DNA of 64,000 nt. Origin: Takakia lepidozioides (taxonomy: Eukaryota; Plantae; Bryophyta). The first letter of the stretch is position 1, and every line of letters begins with the position of its first letter. This document shows positions 36,548 through 50,036 of this stretch, piece by piece. Made by a program: the position numbers and the translations under genes. The notes under the pieces are model-generated. The model had not been told where the DNA came from and searched no databases. It saw nothing but the letters and a program-made list of their open reading frames with translations. Where the stretch lies: contig CM060733.1 of assembly GCA_030704615.1 (NCBI GenBank), positions 16,430,001 through 16,494,000 on the forward strand. Reading direction: 5' to 3'.

Positions 36548-39500
36548 TTACCCCAAAGAACTTGCATCCGCATTGGATTGGAGATTCGCTTCATCGATAT
36601 TACCTTTCGCCTTCTCCACCTCATTAACATTTATTCGCTTTGTACTTGATCTTGTGGTATTCTTTCTCGCGGGCATGGTCCAAGCAATGGTATTGACATG
36701 AATCCACTGCGGAGTATCATTGGGGTTGAATTCCCAGGTCTTTGTCCAACAATCCTTGTACCTTTCCAAATCAGATGGATTTCCTCCCTTCCTTGGTCTC
36801 CACCACTCAACAAGGGCTTTTTTGTGATTGATATTTTTTCTATCTCGAATTACATCGGATGAGGCCATTCCCAACCAAACCGGATACGTATGAGGATCCT
36901 CAAGACGAACAAGGACGAAAAATCCTTTTTCAACGTCTTTGTACGGATTTAAGCCTTCTTTTGGACGATCACATCTTGGCCCACAATAAGGAACAACCTC
37001 CTCGGCCTCACTGTCACTTGATTCGTCAGACCTTGAAGCATTAAATCCATCTCTCATGTGATTTTCCCGCCATTTTGTTGAGGGACAAAATCCTTCCAGA
37101 AGACTCTGTAGTATTCTCGAGTTCCAGATCTAGCTCTTCCAAAATATTGCTCCAGTATTCATCGTATTTTTTCATGATAGTTCCATAATGCGCATCAATA
37201 TTCATTCTTTTTCTCCAAAAATCCATATACTTTTTAATTCCAGTTTTGATGACAGATTGCTTCTACACAGCGTTTTCTTTGTCTGCCCAAATTGGTGTCA
37301 TGGGAACACGCTTGGGTTCACCCACCGGAAGTGAAGGGGATCCATCATCAAGAGTCTTCCACAATCTAACTGAACCTTGTTTTGGAAGCCAGTCACAATC
37401 GGTCGCAGATTTCTTATATTGCATGACAAGCCAATTTGAGGAATGATCCACGTAGAATCGGAAAAACATGCATATCTGTCGCTCCGACGAGAGCCTCTTT
37501 TTTATCAATAATATATCCATCTACAAACTCCTTGAAGTCTGGAACTTCCTGAATGATTTGTGGGATGAACTGTAACTCTTGAGAAACCATGAAATGTTTC
37601 ATTAGATCTGAGAGCACATAAGTGCTGTTCTCCTTCAATTTCTTCGAAAGATAGCTGAAAAATCCATCAATATCTTCGTGCGTATGACCAACCATCAAAA
37701 ATCCCAACTGAATCTCTTCAAACACACCTCTTGCTGTGAGCAAAGAAAGAAATGTCAACATCCACCTATTATTGTTGTCCTTTACACAATTATCCATCTG
37801 CAAATATAATCTTCGAGGTAATGGTCGCGGTCCCTTTTGAGCTTCTGGATGTAATGGCTTCAACACATCCACACACTTAGACTTCCCCCACATTAACTGC
37901 TCAAAAAAATCATTCTGGAATGGATAATAAAAAATAATCCTTGATTCTTTGCAAGTAGGTTTCTCAAGTTGACGGAGACATCTTGCTAAAGAACCAATAG
38001 TGAAATTTGGATCTCCCGGCCACAAATCGACTAAGTACTGAGCATATGCTCCATCTCCATGTCCATGAGTTACCATTCCTGTCAAAGAAATTGGAAGTTG
38101 ACCTAATCCTGAAATCATTTTGTTTGACGTGGAAGAGTCGTCTTCCGGTGATCCATCTTATCATGGATGATACAGAAGAATTCATTTCCCATCATAGCGG
38201 ATTTATTTCTCCAACTGTGATAAAGTCTTCGACAAGATTCTTGATGCTTCAAATGCTTGTCTAAAGTCTTTTTATGGGTGAGTTGATCTTGACTTCCCTT
38301 CATAGACTTTTTAATAAGATCCTTCAACATCTCACACTCAGTGCATTTTGCAAAAGTACTTCCAGACTTACGTACTTCAACATTTGAAAAAACTCGTTTC
38401 CGAAACCGGCTTATGGCTGAGCTGGAAACAAGTTCTAAACTGAGGATACTATTGGCCTGCATCCAAAATGAGAGCGAATCAATTGATGGAGTGGGATACA
38501 CAACTTCCAACCTGGGTCCAATGTGACTATAAATACCGAGCCAACACAATAATTAATTAATGCATGGTAGTCAAGTGACTCAAACAAATAGAAAATGGAT
38601 CACAGTAGTTAAGAAAGAGGAGAACTGTACAAATTACCTCATTGCACTCAACACGAACTTTCTTCCAATTCAACTCAGCGGGTAGTAGCCTCAGAGTATC
38701 TCGCCTCCCATCGTCAATGTTCCTCAATTTGTGGGGCATACAATCACTATTCCCGTTGACAATTGAAAGGATGTTTCCCTCTGCCTAAAGCATGTTTGGT
38801 CGTGGCCTTTTCATCCCCGAGTTCCCATGAATGGATGTAACAACACCCTCTTTGCTCAACTTTTTATACTCCATGTACGTTGAACGGCCAACCCCAAAAA
38901 TAGTCCACCAAGCTTTCTCGCAAATGTCGACACCTTCAATTGTTATGTAGCTTCTTCTTTTGCAGCCCTCAACAACGTGAAGACGCCTCGGAATGTCCAA
39001 CCCAAGCTCTCTCCTAGAATCAAACGTTGCTGCCAAGAAAGCTGTCCTTAATGCAAGTGCTCTTTTCCAGTCAAACATCTGGCAACACTTAAGCCTACAG
39101 CATGGCACACTACTGATTTGTCTAACAAATTCAAGGGACAACAAGCGTTTAGATTTTCTCAAGTTATCCAGCTCGGGGTTTTTAGCAACTCTAGTGAAGA
39201 GTCTATAGGGACCTTTTTGGATTCCGGGAGCGGATTCATCATCATCATTCATAGTATCAATGTTTGAGCGGTAATATTGCTCAAGAGCCTCCCTGAGATT
39301 GATCCCATTCTCCATCAACTTCGTCCGATTCAAAGGCCACTTTACTAATGACATGAGCATTCTAGAATCCCCTTCTACAACTCGCGTAATAATAACACCA
39401 ACATGGTCCTCTCCCAATTTCTCATCGAGAATAATTTCGTCAGGAAAAGATGCTTGAATTCTTCCTTCATACAGATGTTCAAATTCACCTCCAAAAAAAG

Positions 39501-39924
39501 AGCACATCAAATCTCTCCACTTATCTCTTCCGAGAAAATCTTCTGGAAATGATTCCTAATTAGCGCAAGTTAGATCCTCATCATGGTCCACGGCCACTTC
39601 AACCTCATTTGTGTCTACCTCATGCGTCTGAGAGCTCTCATAGTCTCTCACTCCAATTTCAGATACAGAAGCATTGTCGACTTGGATCAACTTGACATCT
39701 TGAACATCCCAGCAGACTAGCGTTCCAATCGCCTCCCCCATAGTGTCCGCTCCCATGTGAGGGTATGGGAGATTGGTCTTATCACCAAGGGCGACGGCCT
39801 CAGCACCCCCGCGAAGATATAGAAACACTTTATCTCCACTTTTCAATCTAGTCATGTTGATGTGAGCAACTATAGTCAGAAGAACTGATGAATGATGCTT
39901 TCGGACTTGGGTCCTAAATACCAC
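36548..39924 (-). pseudogene. DDE transposase of the DNC..NKN / GHTHEDID type (Sola1-like/animal-EnSpm-like; DUF7869), frameshifted
   Basis: ORF pieces 39556-39924, 38785-39510, 38115-38549, 37414-38118, 37263-37520, 36548-37057. Motifs FAKCTECE, HLKHQ..CR, IHDKMD, LYLQMDNCVKDNNN, FLMVGHTHEDIDGFFS, plus CC..KC zinc-like motif. Superfamily assignment is from memory. Confidence 0.75.
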
Positions 39925-40340
39925 CTAGTCAGGATTTGACTTCCCAATGAGACAATCTCCGTGCCAAGTTGTGAACCCCGCCCGGGCCTCCTCATGCAGT
40001 AAACTCCTAGATTTGTAAACAAGTATAGTCACAGGAACTGATGAACGACGATTTCGGACCTGGGTCCTAAGTATCAGCCAGTCAAGATTTGACTTCCCAA
40101 TGAGACGATCTCCATGGCAAATTGCGAACCTCGTCCGGGCCTCCTCATGTAGTAAACTCCTGGATTTGTGAGCAACTATAGTCATAGGAACTGATGAACA
40201 ATGCTTTCGGACCTAAGTCCAATGTATCACCCAGTCATGATTTAAATTCCCAATGAAACGTTTAACTCATAGGCAACTGATGATCTCCGTGCCAAGTTGT
40301 GAATCCCACCTGGGCCTCCTCATTTAGAGACTCCTCGACT
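39865..40340. repeat. ~153-bp tandem repeat (~3 copies), each carrying the ttcggacc.gggtcc motif
   Basis: gaactgatgaa at 39881, 40035, 40188; gatttgacttcccaatgagac and gggcctcctcatg repeated. Confidence 0.85.
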
Positions 40341-40859
40341 GTGGACACATGGTTTGTAATTTCATCACAAGATAATATCAAGATTGAGTCAGGATATGTA
40401 ACTCTCACAGACACTGATTTCGGACCCTGTTTCGAAGTCCCACCTTGTGAAGTCTAATGTTAAAATAATGGAAAAATTGGATGAAAGTCAGATCATGACT
40501 TCATGAGGTTAAAGAATGTAATGGATGAAGGAATGATAATTTGATGAATTATGAGTGGATGGATGAGAAGTGAATGGATGATGTTTCTGTAATCAATGAA
40601 ATATATGAGTCTAGATAAAGGAGATTTGAGAGAAATTTTGCAACAGTGCGACACTTCGGCCTAAGGTCCGAACCAACCTAAGCACATCAAAAAGTGGATA
40701 AAAAAATGGATGTTTTGGTAAAGTGTGATGAGTGCGGATATGGATAGGTGAATGATTTGGGACTTATGGTTAAGACTTTTAATGAGATAAAGATCTAGTA
40801 TATAGACAGAAAATGAGATGGAAAGACGGTCATTGAGAAAGGCGTCTCCAGAGGCGGAG

Positions 40860-40982
40860 ATGACCAAGATGAGAGAAGATAGAGAGGGGGGAAGGAGAGA
40901 GCAAGCGAGAGGATGGAAATGACTAATGAGGTGCAATAAGCACGAAAAGAGTGAGAATGAGGTGAGGCCTCATATTTATACA
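40860..40982 (-). promoter_or_regulatory. Candidate promoter/5' leader of the GHTHEDID transposase gene
   Basis: TATAAAT on the minus strand (40974-40980) followed by a CT-rich tract, oriented toward the transposase ORFs. Confidence 0.4.
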
Positions 40983-41334
40983 TCTCAGATGCATTGTGTG
41001 CTAGGACGTGGTCGTTGAAGAGAGGTGCAAACACTACGACGGGGATCGATCTATTGAAGCCGTCAGATTTTGGAGAGTCACGATCGTGCGGTTGAGATTG
41101 CAGGTGAGCTAGCTTCCCATCATATTGGAATTCGGAACAGATGATGGAGAGGCCCTACCAAAGTCATTATGGCGGATAAGGGTGTGGGACGGAGCTAGAA
41201 GGTGAGTTAGCTATCTGAGTATCCCCCATAATGGCAAGTGCGGGGCCCTCACAAGAGCTATCTCTGCCAGCCTCATAATGGGCCAAATGGTGCGTAGCTT
41301 CAGCTTATAAATACTCCCTAGATCCGCCACCAAC

Positions 41335-41408
41335 AGCCAGTAGCTCAGTTGGATTATGCACATTGTGTCCCCCCACTGGTTTGGGGATCAAATCCTGCTA
41401 CCGTGGCC
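41335..41408 (+). mobile_element. tRNA-derived SINE head / pseudo-tRNA (a second, inverted A-box fragment lies at ~42030-42071)
   Basis: A-box tagctcagttgg and B-box-like ggatcaaatcc at tRNA spacing, but no convincing cloverleaf. Confidence 0.45.
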
Positions 41409-41524
41409 TTTGTCGTTTGATTTGTGCTTGGGATTGTAGAAAGCAAAAAAAGAAAGATCCGCCACCATTTTGGAAGACCCACCACCATCTCTGATTGGAT
41501 GGCCCACTTTCTTCTCCCAAAATC

Positions 41525-41555
<31 letters not shown>

Positions 41556-41584
41556 GTATATATATATATATAAATACTAACTAG

Positions 41585-41617
<33 letters not shown>
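41525..41617. repeat. Inverted microsatellite (CTAA)n-(TA)n-(TTAG)n
   Basis: ctaactaactaactaactaactatatata is the reverse complement of tatatagttagttagttagttagttag. Confidence 0.9.
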
Positions 41618-42254
41618 CATTGATATTGGTTCCAGGTTCGAACCCACATCCCATCCTCTCCGGAGCTTTTTATTTTTATATCTTGCAAGATAAACTTGTG
41701 CCCAATTCAATATTTATAACTGGATGCAAAAAGAATGCAAAGAATATGGAGGTTCGAATATGGAGGTCTTTTCTCTTTTTGTTGTGTTGTTAGGGAGCCT
41801 TGAGCTATAAGAAAGCTCCAATCACAGCTAAAACAAATGTTAGATATATATCATTCCTTAAATGTCATATAACCCAAACAATACCTCTTTAGATCTCGCA
41901 TATATGTATATAAAAGGAAACCTGACAGCCCACAATTTAGGTCCTTGAGGGGTTTTTATTTATTTATTTATTTAAGGAAATATGGGAGCGACAGCCCACA
42001 ATTCAGGCCCTTGAGGAGGGGGAACCACCTGAGTGACACACACTGTGCACTTACCAGCTGAGCTACTAGCTGATGTGCTTTTTTTTACATCTCAAACCTC
42101 CTCCATCTTGCATTGGAAATTAACACCAAAATATTATGCAATATCTTATCATTTTTCTCTTTTGCCATAGATTTTTTTTTTGTGTGTTTTGTACATATTG
42201 AAGAACATCATATATTCCTTAAAACCATTAAATTATATATTAATGGAAATAACT

Positions 42255-42475
42255 ATCCATACCCGGAAACTATTCATACCTCAGGGTATATTTTGGCATA
42301 TATATCCATACCCGGGGGTTATATAGAAATCTGAAAAGTTAATCTACCCATACCCGGAGGGTAAATATTTTTTTGAGATTTCAATTTATCCATACCCGGA
42401 GGGTAAATGATTTGACATAAATAACTTACTTATACCCTATGGGTATATTGAAATCAATATACCTGCACAACACTA
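42255..42475. mobile_element. hAT-like subterminal fragment
   Basis: Repeated ccatacccgg(ag)ggta motifs ending in caacacta (TAGTGTTG on the minus strand). Opposite end not found. Confidence 0.35.
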
Positions 42476-44475
42476 GTTCGAACCTTGGACCTAGGATTAA
42501 TAAAATAAATTGGAGTTGATGTTGGGAGCCCACGTGTGGAGCCCACGAGCCCTGACAGGAGCGTCGCCCCCTAGGTTGTAAATACGGTATTAATGTCATT
42601 AATATTTTTCAAGGCGCCGGCATATCAGCCCTAATGTTGGATGGATTAATTTGCATGGGAGATGGATGAAAATGTAGATGGATGGATGATTATTCCATGC
42701 CCATCCATCCATGAAATAAATGAATTTCATCCCCATTGCCACAGCCGTTGGATCAGAGGTTCGATCCGACGGTTGTGACACCAGAGACTACATACGGGGA
42801 GGATGCATACTCCCCGATTCTTTTTTGTTTACCACCTCGAGCTGATTCAGGCTCTGCAACTAGGCTGTCAACGTTGGGAGAGAAAGAGAGGGACACCATG
42901 TGTATGTGTAAGAGAGAGCAACGTGTGTGCGTGAGAGAGCAACACAGGGAGAGAGAGAAAGAGTGTGGGTGTGAGAGAGAACCCTAAACTTGTGCACTGT
43001 GTGTGAGAGAGAAGAGACTCGAAGAGAGAGCCCGACGGAGCAGCCACGACGAGCAAACCAATGGCCCGCTGCAGTGCCTTGAAGCAGGGAAGGAGGGGTG
43101 GCTTGACAAGAAGCCTTTGCAAGTGTCACAAGGCCAGCACGGAGTGTGTTCTTTTCAATTTTGTTTTTGTTTTGTCTTTTGTTTTTGTTTTTCCAGTGTC
43201 AGGCTCCTTCTTCGTTTGCAATGTAGATGGCGACGAAGAGAGAGTAGTGGGTGAATGTTTGTTGAATATCTTTTCAACGAGAGATGTCATGTTATCTGTC
43301 TCTACACATCCCTAAGCACTCACATAAGCAAATTATACGTATGTGCAGGGCAATTTTTGGAGAGGGGATTTTGTATTTGAAACAGGCGGAGTGCCTTGAA
43401 GCAGGGAATGAGGGATCATCATAGCTTGGCGGAGCCTTGTCAAGTGTCACAAGCCATACTCCAAGTATCATGTAAGTTCTTTTGTTTTTTGTGTACGGGA
43501 AAACCCGCCCGTAACAACCAGTGAGTTCGTTGAAGTTTTCAGGCACTTGGTCGGATTTTCCATAGAAATTAGATCTCTACCCGTACCTGTACAGGCATGT
43601 AGGGCTTCCACTTGTTTTCTCGATTATCTGTATCTTCAGATAGATCAGGTTTGTGCCAGTAGTTTCCATACCAAGTGATGTAGGATTCTACTCAGATGCG
43701 TATTGCAATTCAACAAAATAGAGCTAGAGTAAGATAATAACAGAATAGACCTGCAACATGCTACATTTATAGCATTGCACTGCCATGAACTGATGACTAC
43801 CACCACACTGAACGTTCCCTGTCCCTATTCTACGTTTCATCCCTACCTCCGTCTCTCATCGATTCTCTCTGAATATGATTGCTCGTAAGTGAGGCCTATA
43901 TCTCTCATTGTCCAATAATTGTTACTTCTTCCTCACACTCAGAGACCTTTCATTTGAACGCCAGCAGATCGTTGTCTTTTTTCCTTTCGTTATTAGTCTT
44001 CAGCTCTTGGTTGCTTCATTTTTAACCAACGGTGCGAGCTTTGCCGACCAACGCCACCGACACATCGCAACATGAAACAGTCACTATGAAGCACCAAATG
44101 AGGAAATTAGGAACCCTAGCAACATGATGTGAAATTTGGTAGACCATCATGGATTTGGTCCAGATTATCACTTGGGCAGATGTAGGGGTTGTCTTTGATT
44201 CAATTGTTTTTTTGTTGGGAGGGAGAGCTGTAGGGAAGGAGCGAAAGAGAGAAGGAGCGAGAGCCGGCAAGTGGCAGCCATGGCGGGATCAAGCAGCAGG
44301 TACACATGACCTCATTCCTTCCCTGATAACCCACTTCTGCTCTCATGCAATGCACCACCAACCATTGGTGATCTGCTCTCCTTTTATTTATAACATGCTT
44401 TTATTTATAAAACTCTAAAGGCCTTCATCCCTCATTCTTTAAAGTAAATTTATAATAATAATAATAATAATAATA

Positions 44476-45860
44476 AAACTTAAGTTGAACACTCAGCAAC
44501 TCAAGTTGACAACTTCAGCTTTTTGTTAAGAGAAAAATGGTAAAATATTTTTGTTTGAATTATATTTTGGACCTAGGTCCCATTTTCTTTAAATTAAACT
44601 TTTAAATTTTCTAGTAATTTAAAACAAAACCTGAAGTTGTGCACTCAGTGGCTCAAGTGACAACTTCAGCTTTTTATTAAAGAACATTTGTAAAATATTT
44701 TTGTTTAAATTACATTTTGGACCTAAGTCCGTCCTAAGACCAAATATTAGCACCCATGAGCAATGTATCCATGTTTCATGTACCCATGTCTCATGTATCT
44801 ATATTTTATGTATTAATGTGCTATGTATCTATGTCTCATGTACCTATGTTTCAAGTATATATGCCTCATATATCCTTGTATGTATGGATCATGTACCCCA
44901 TGTCCCCTATGTATTCATGTTCTCAACATACCAATGTGAGCTCATAAAGACCTGACATATGTTCCCTTCTCAGACGATGCTGGGTTTTGGACCTGGGTCC
45001 GAAACCCAGCATCTTGAGAGGTGTACTGTTATACCGTGGCCTCTGTTCTCATAATATCAATATGAGCTCACATATACATAATAGAGGCCACTGTGTATTA
45101 GTGCCTCGCTAAGGATGGTGGATTTCGGACCTGGGTCCGAAACTCACGGTCTTGGTCATGTCTATGTGTATCCATGTTCTTAGAGTGTCTGTGTAGCTCA
45201 CAAAAACCTAATAGAGGCAACAGTTCAAGAGTGCCAAGCTACGAAAGGTGTGTTTCGGACAAAAACCTAATAGAGGCAACAGTTTAAGAGTGCCAAGCTA
45301 CGAAAGGTGGGTTTCGGACCTAGGTCCGAAACACACAATCCTGGTCATACATTCAGGTGTCTATCTTCTCAGAGTACTAGTAGGAGCTCATATTGACCAT
45401 ATAGAGGCAAGGTTTAAAAGTGCCTCTACCAGGAAGTGTGTTTGGGACCTATGTCCGAAACCGACAATCCTGATTAAGTATCCAAACATCCATGCTCAAA
45501 CAGTGTCTATGTGTGCTAAAAAAATCCTAACAAAAAAGGACAATATAGTAGTGTCTCGCTCAACATGTGGTTATCGGAACCCACAATACTGATAATGTCT
45601 TCATGCATCCATGTCCTGAGAGTGCAAATGTGGTCTCAAAAAAACCTATAGAGGCCATGGGTCCAAGACCAACAACACTGATCAAGAATCCTAGGTAATA
45701 CAAGTTCTAGGAGGACCAGTGTGAGGTCGTAAAGTCTCTTGTAAGCCGCAGTGTGACAGTGGTTCGTTCGATGGTGGGTTTCGGAAAGGATCAAAAGACT
45801 TGGTACGTGGATAAAATTAAGAATGATGGTACTGGGTTTCGGACTTGGGTCCGAACGCCT
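44476..45860. repeat. Array of ~135-150-bp units built around the palindrome TTTCGGACC(T)(G/A)GGTCCGAAA
   Basis: Copies at ~44567, 44716, 44985, 45123, 45311, 45442, 45836. Extended hairpin gatgctgggttttggacc-tg-ggtccgaaacccagcatc at 44976-45013. Confidence 0.85.
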
Positions 45861-46224
45861 AATCCATCAAATATAGTGGGTGTCGTACTAGGGTCCAACA
45901 ACATGGTAGATGGGAATGGTGGAAAACTGACACAATAAAAGGGAAGACAATTCGTACATTGTTCTGACACATGGAATGCATAAATCTATCGAATATTTGT
46001 AAGACAATGTGGATGATGATATATACCAGTCTATTGTTGATGAGGTCATGAGACTGTGGGGACACATTCGATGAAGCCCTTCCCCCGCTAAGATGGAATT
46101 TACCATCTCCGAATGGATAAGGAGATGGTATGATTGATGATCTCTTCGTTACCACATTGGAGTTGATTTGAAGGATTCAGCCTCCTTTGCAGTGTCACAG
46201 AATGAGACAGAGTCTAGTACATGA

Positions 46225-47420
46225 CTATGTGGGGGGGGTCAAAATCAAGTGATTTCCTCCTCTGGCGACGACAGGATATATGCTAACGCAACGATGTACC
46301 ACTACGAGATGCCCCGGACATTGGATGAATGTCGACTCGTTTGCAGCTGAAGAAATATCAATTTCAGGCTGATAAAATCCAATGCAAAAAAACGATGATA
46401 GGATCAATATCAATCCAAGGAGGTATTTCTCAAGCTTTCTAAGCAAACATTTGTCCTTTGCAAATGTTTCGAAGGGTGGAGGATAAATGCATGACCCCAC
46501 GGGATTGATGACACACTTGTATGGGCTATCATGAACAAGGAGAGTGTTTTCCTCATCATATCGACCTTTGTATTTGTCCCACACTCTCCTAAGAGGCTTC
46601 AGAAAAAAAGGGTGAGAAGATTCTGTAGAACTTTCTGCTGCGTTGAAGTTTCTGGGAGCAATATTGGCTGGACAAACAATGCAATCGTCCTGCGACATAA
46701 CAAAAATAGGCTGTGGCAAACCTTCAAAAAGCCTCTTGACAATTGGCATGAGGTTCTGGGGCATCGTACAACTCCAGATAGCTAGATCAAAGGAATCACT
46801 CAGAGAACGCCATAATTTATCATAGCGCTCGCGTTGGTATTCCATCCTATTGCCAATAACTAGGGAATATCTGAAATCCTTTTTCGCCTTGGAATTTTCC
46901 TTCGTGTGGTGACCACTATCCTCAAACCTCTCAATGTGGCAAAGCACACCATTCAGGTCAAATACAATCAGTATTCTTTTCGGGACACTTTGCACTTCGT
47001 CAAGTGGTCGCTGAGGCTCATTCTGGTAAAAGGTGAAACCCCAAATAAACAAGTTAGTGAGAAGATTAGGTTAATATAGAATATTCAACAACAAATCATC
47101 GCATCAAAAGAAAATGAACAAAAAATGAAATCACATGGGGACATTGTACATGTAATTTCAAATTTGGAGACGTCTAATTCGTGAAATAGCCTTCGCAGCA
47201 TCCGCCCTTGTCTCTAGATTCTTTACCCATTCATCAAACTCGTTCGGCTTCGGCCACTTGAAATCCCACAACTTCAAGAACTTAAGTTGAGGATCGCTCC
47301 AATATAATGACTCTGAGAGCCCGATCCGGTTATGTTTGTTATAAACACAAGCATCCAACCCAGACCTTCGAAGGTTCCTCAAGAATGGCTTGAATTATCC
47401 AATGAGGAAATTGTCTCGAG
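46225..47420 (-). pseudogene. FCP1-homology (NIF/HAD-like phosphatase) gene, 5' part cut by the CACTA element
   Basis: KRILIVFDLNGVL, FDLAIWSC, FVMSQDDC, FLKPLRRVW, ENTLLVHDSPYKCVINP..CIYPPPF. The upstream piece 47158-47420 resembles an FCP1-domain C-terminus. Confidence 0.75.
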
Positions 47421-50036
47421 AAAGATCATTCTGTAGCCTCAAACTTAATATCTATGCGGAGTCATAAAAACTGCACTAGGTACATGACTACAGAGCGCTG
47501 AAATGCATTACAGTTTTAGTTTTATGACTTTGTAGTAATGGATATCACTACATGACTCCGGAAAGTTAGGGAGCATTGGTCAAACATTGTTGACCATGAT
47601 GACAGGGATGGTTTATATGACTAGTGTGATATGTTTGACTACACGTGGACGACGTTTCATGGAATCTTATGACTCCATGACTGAAGATGGTTTCAGAGCT
47701 CTATTTATACGACTACATCACTACACGTGTCATTTTGAAGGCACATATAATGCAAATAAGGTTGCCCATTAGGTTTAAAAAAGTTAAATTTTTTGCTAAT
47801 AATGTTGCCCATTAGTGTAATCGTGAACAGAAAGGAGGGCTGGGACTTGGCGTCTTTTTGTATCCTGCGCCACACCACATAGCTGTGGGATGGAACGCGA
47901 TGATAGCAGGATATGCAGGGGCGTGAGATGGAGGCGTTGAGCAAATGATGCACGAAGTAGGAGAGGAGGAGGAGACGAGACGAGGACAAGCGAGCTCGCC
48001 GTTCTTGGGACAGTCAGCTTGGTCTTAGCAAGCGTGTTTCAATCTCTGACTACTCATCTACGCCGTAGTGGTTCGATCTGACAGACCAATCCGACATTAC
48101 CTGACTACAGACACAAGCAGCACACACAAGAGGTCATCGGTCAAATCCTCCATGGGTCAGGACAGGTCAAGGACAATGTGGTAGGGCACCTTCTTCTTCA
48201 ACCTATTTCAGCCTGTGTTGCCCTCTCATCAGACTCGGCCGCAAGATGCATATTGAATTCTGTAAGTTAGGTCGTTGGGTACATCTGTGGTGGTTTGGAG
48301 TGACTTTGGCAAGTTACTGCCAGTGTGGCAGCAGGGAAGTATCCAAAAACGTATAATAGAGGTGAGGAGAAGCGGTGGGGTGAACACTTTCCGACCCCAA
48401 TGGTGGGACAATGGAGACAAAAAGGCGAATGCCTGTTGGACTACAGAGAGAAGCAGATGCATTTCAGATTGTGATAAGTAGGGTTGGGGTGTTTTGGGGA
48501 AGAACTCCACACCAGTATGGTTGGGGTGTTTGCTGGTAGAATTGTAGGCTGTCAGAGGCATGGATAGCTGAAGGAGCAGGGATAGAGTGTGGGTCCACAT
48601 TCATCCAAGAGGGCTGGATTTCAAGCTCCACATTACCTATGATTCCCTTTGGAAGGATAGGTACAAGAAACCTACATGGGTAGATGGTCAACTGGAAGCG
48701 ACATGTTGTACTATATGTCATTCCAGAGACTGTCATTGTTGGTCCATGTGTTTTACAACAATGCTATCAATATAAGACTCCTGGTTCGCATTGGAAGCTC
48801 AATCCCTACAAGTTCATTGTGTGTGAAGCTCAAACTTGCGATTTGAAGGATCTTGTAGCCAAGTTCATTCAACCGGAAAGGAGAAATTCTGAAAGCTCCC
48901 AAATTTGATGTGGGCAAGCTTATGGAGGTAAGACTTAGCTTCCCTCCTCTAATGTAAGTGTTGGATAAGTTTCATTTAGTGTCGACCTTCACTGCATATA
49001 TTGGCTCTTTTCTTGGCTGGTTTCATATTTTCTTGGCTGGTATGCTGTTGGTTGGCTTCTTTCATTTCACGTGTGTAGTGGAAGGGAAGAAGTACTTTCC
49101 TAAGTTCTGCTGCAACAATGTCTTTTTCCAGCCTAGATATTTTCGATGGATACAAATTGAAATGCTTTGAATGTTGCTGCAATACTATAATAAAGTGGAG
49201 GGTGCTGAATGCAGTTGGCCTTGCTACGTGCAGGCATAATCCAGGGAAATAAGACATAGCTGAAACCCCATGATAGCATTTCCAGAGGACGGTGTGGATG
49301 GCCTCACAATCCAGCATGCAAAATCCATGACAATGTGGAGCTGGCTGAATGGGCAAACAGGTTAAGTGGCGAACAAGCCACGTCACTGGTACATAGTTGC
49401 ATGCTTACATAGTACATGAAAGCGTACTATATGTCATTCCCGAAATTGACCATGTTGGTCCATGTATTTTACAACAATGCTATCAATAAAAGACCAATGG
49501 TTCGCATTGGAAACTCTATCCCCATAAGTGGCTTGTGCGTGATGCTCAAACTTGTGATTTGAAGGATCTTATACCCCAGTTCATTGCAGAGGTCATTGGA
49601 AAAGAAATTGAGAAGGCAACATCCGTTATCTATAATCTACAGATCCCCTTCAATTTGATGTGGGAAAGCCGGCTGGCTGGAGGTCTAGTCTCACTTTCAC
49701 TCATCTAATGTCAGTGTTGTATCCATTGCAATGTGGAGATGTTTGAAACAACATTGGAGCATTTCCAGAGGATGGTCTGGATGGCCTTTCGTGGCGTGTG
49801 CCGAATCCATGGCAAGAAAACATTGCAGGCAGAACCCATGGCAATGGTACCAGCACGGGTTGGTCCAAAGCCAATTGCAACAACAAATGAATAAAGGGTG
49901 CTGAAAGGAAAGCACTCCATAATTGATCATAAAATCCAGTGTCCAAGCATGATATCTTAATGGGAATGCGAAGGGAGTGTTACCACCTTGAACTATCATG
50001 CATGGTCTATAACTGGAGTGCACAAATCGCGCATAT

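Noticed and set aside
41335-41408. Functional tRNA gene
   Set aside because: A/B boxes are present but no proper acceptor or anticodon stems. Treated as SINE-like.
34018-41800. Terminal inverted repeats for the GHTHEDID element (cccaaaacacaa vs gttgtgttgttaggg)
   Set aside because: Match is short and gapped, no TSD, and the left CCC may belong to the Gypsy frame.
47547-47560. CACTAC as the left TIR of the CACTA element
   Set aside because: Sequence after CACTACA does not match the right TIR (CACTACAACAGATG), and subterminal repeats already begin ~90 bp further left.
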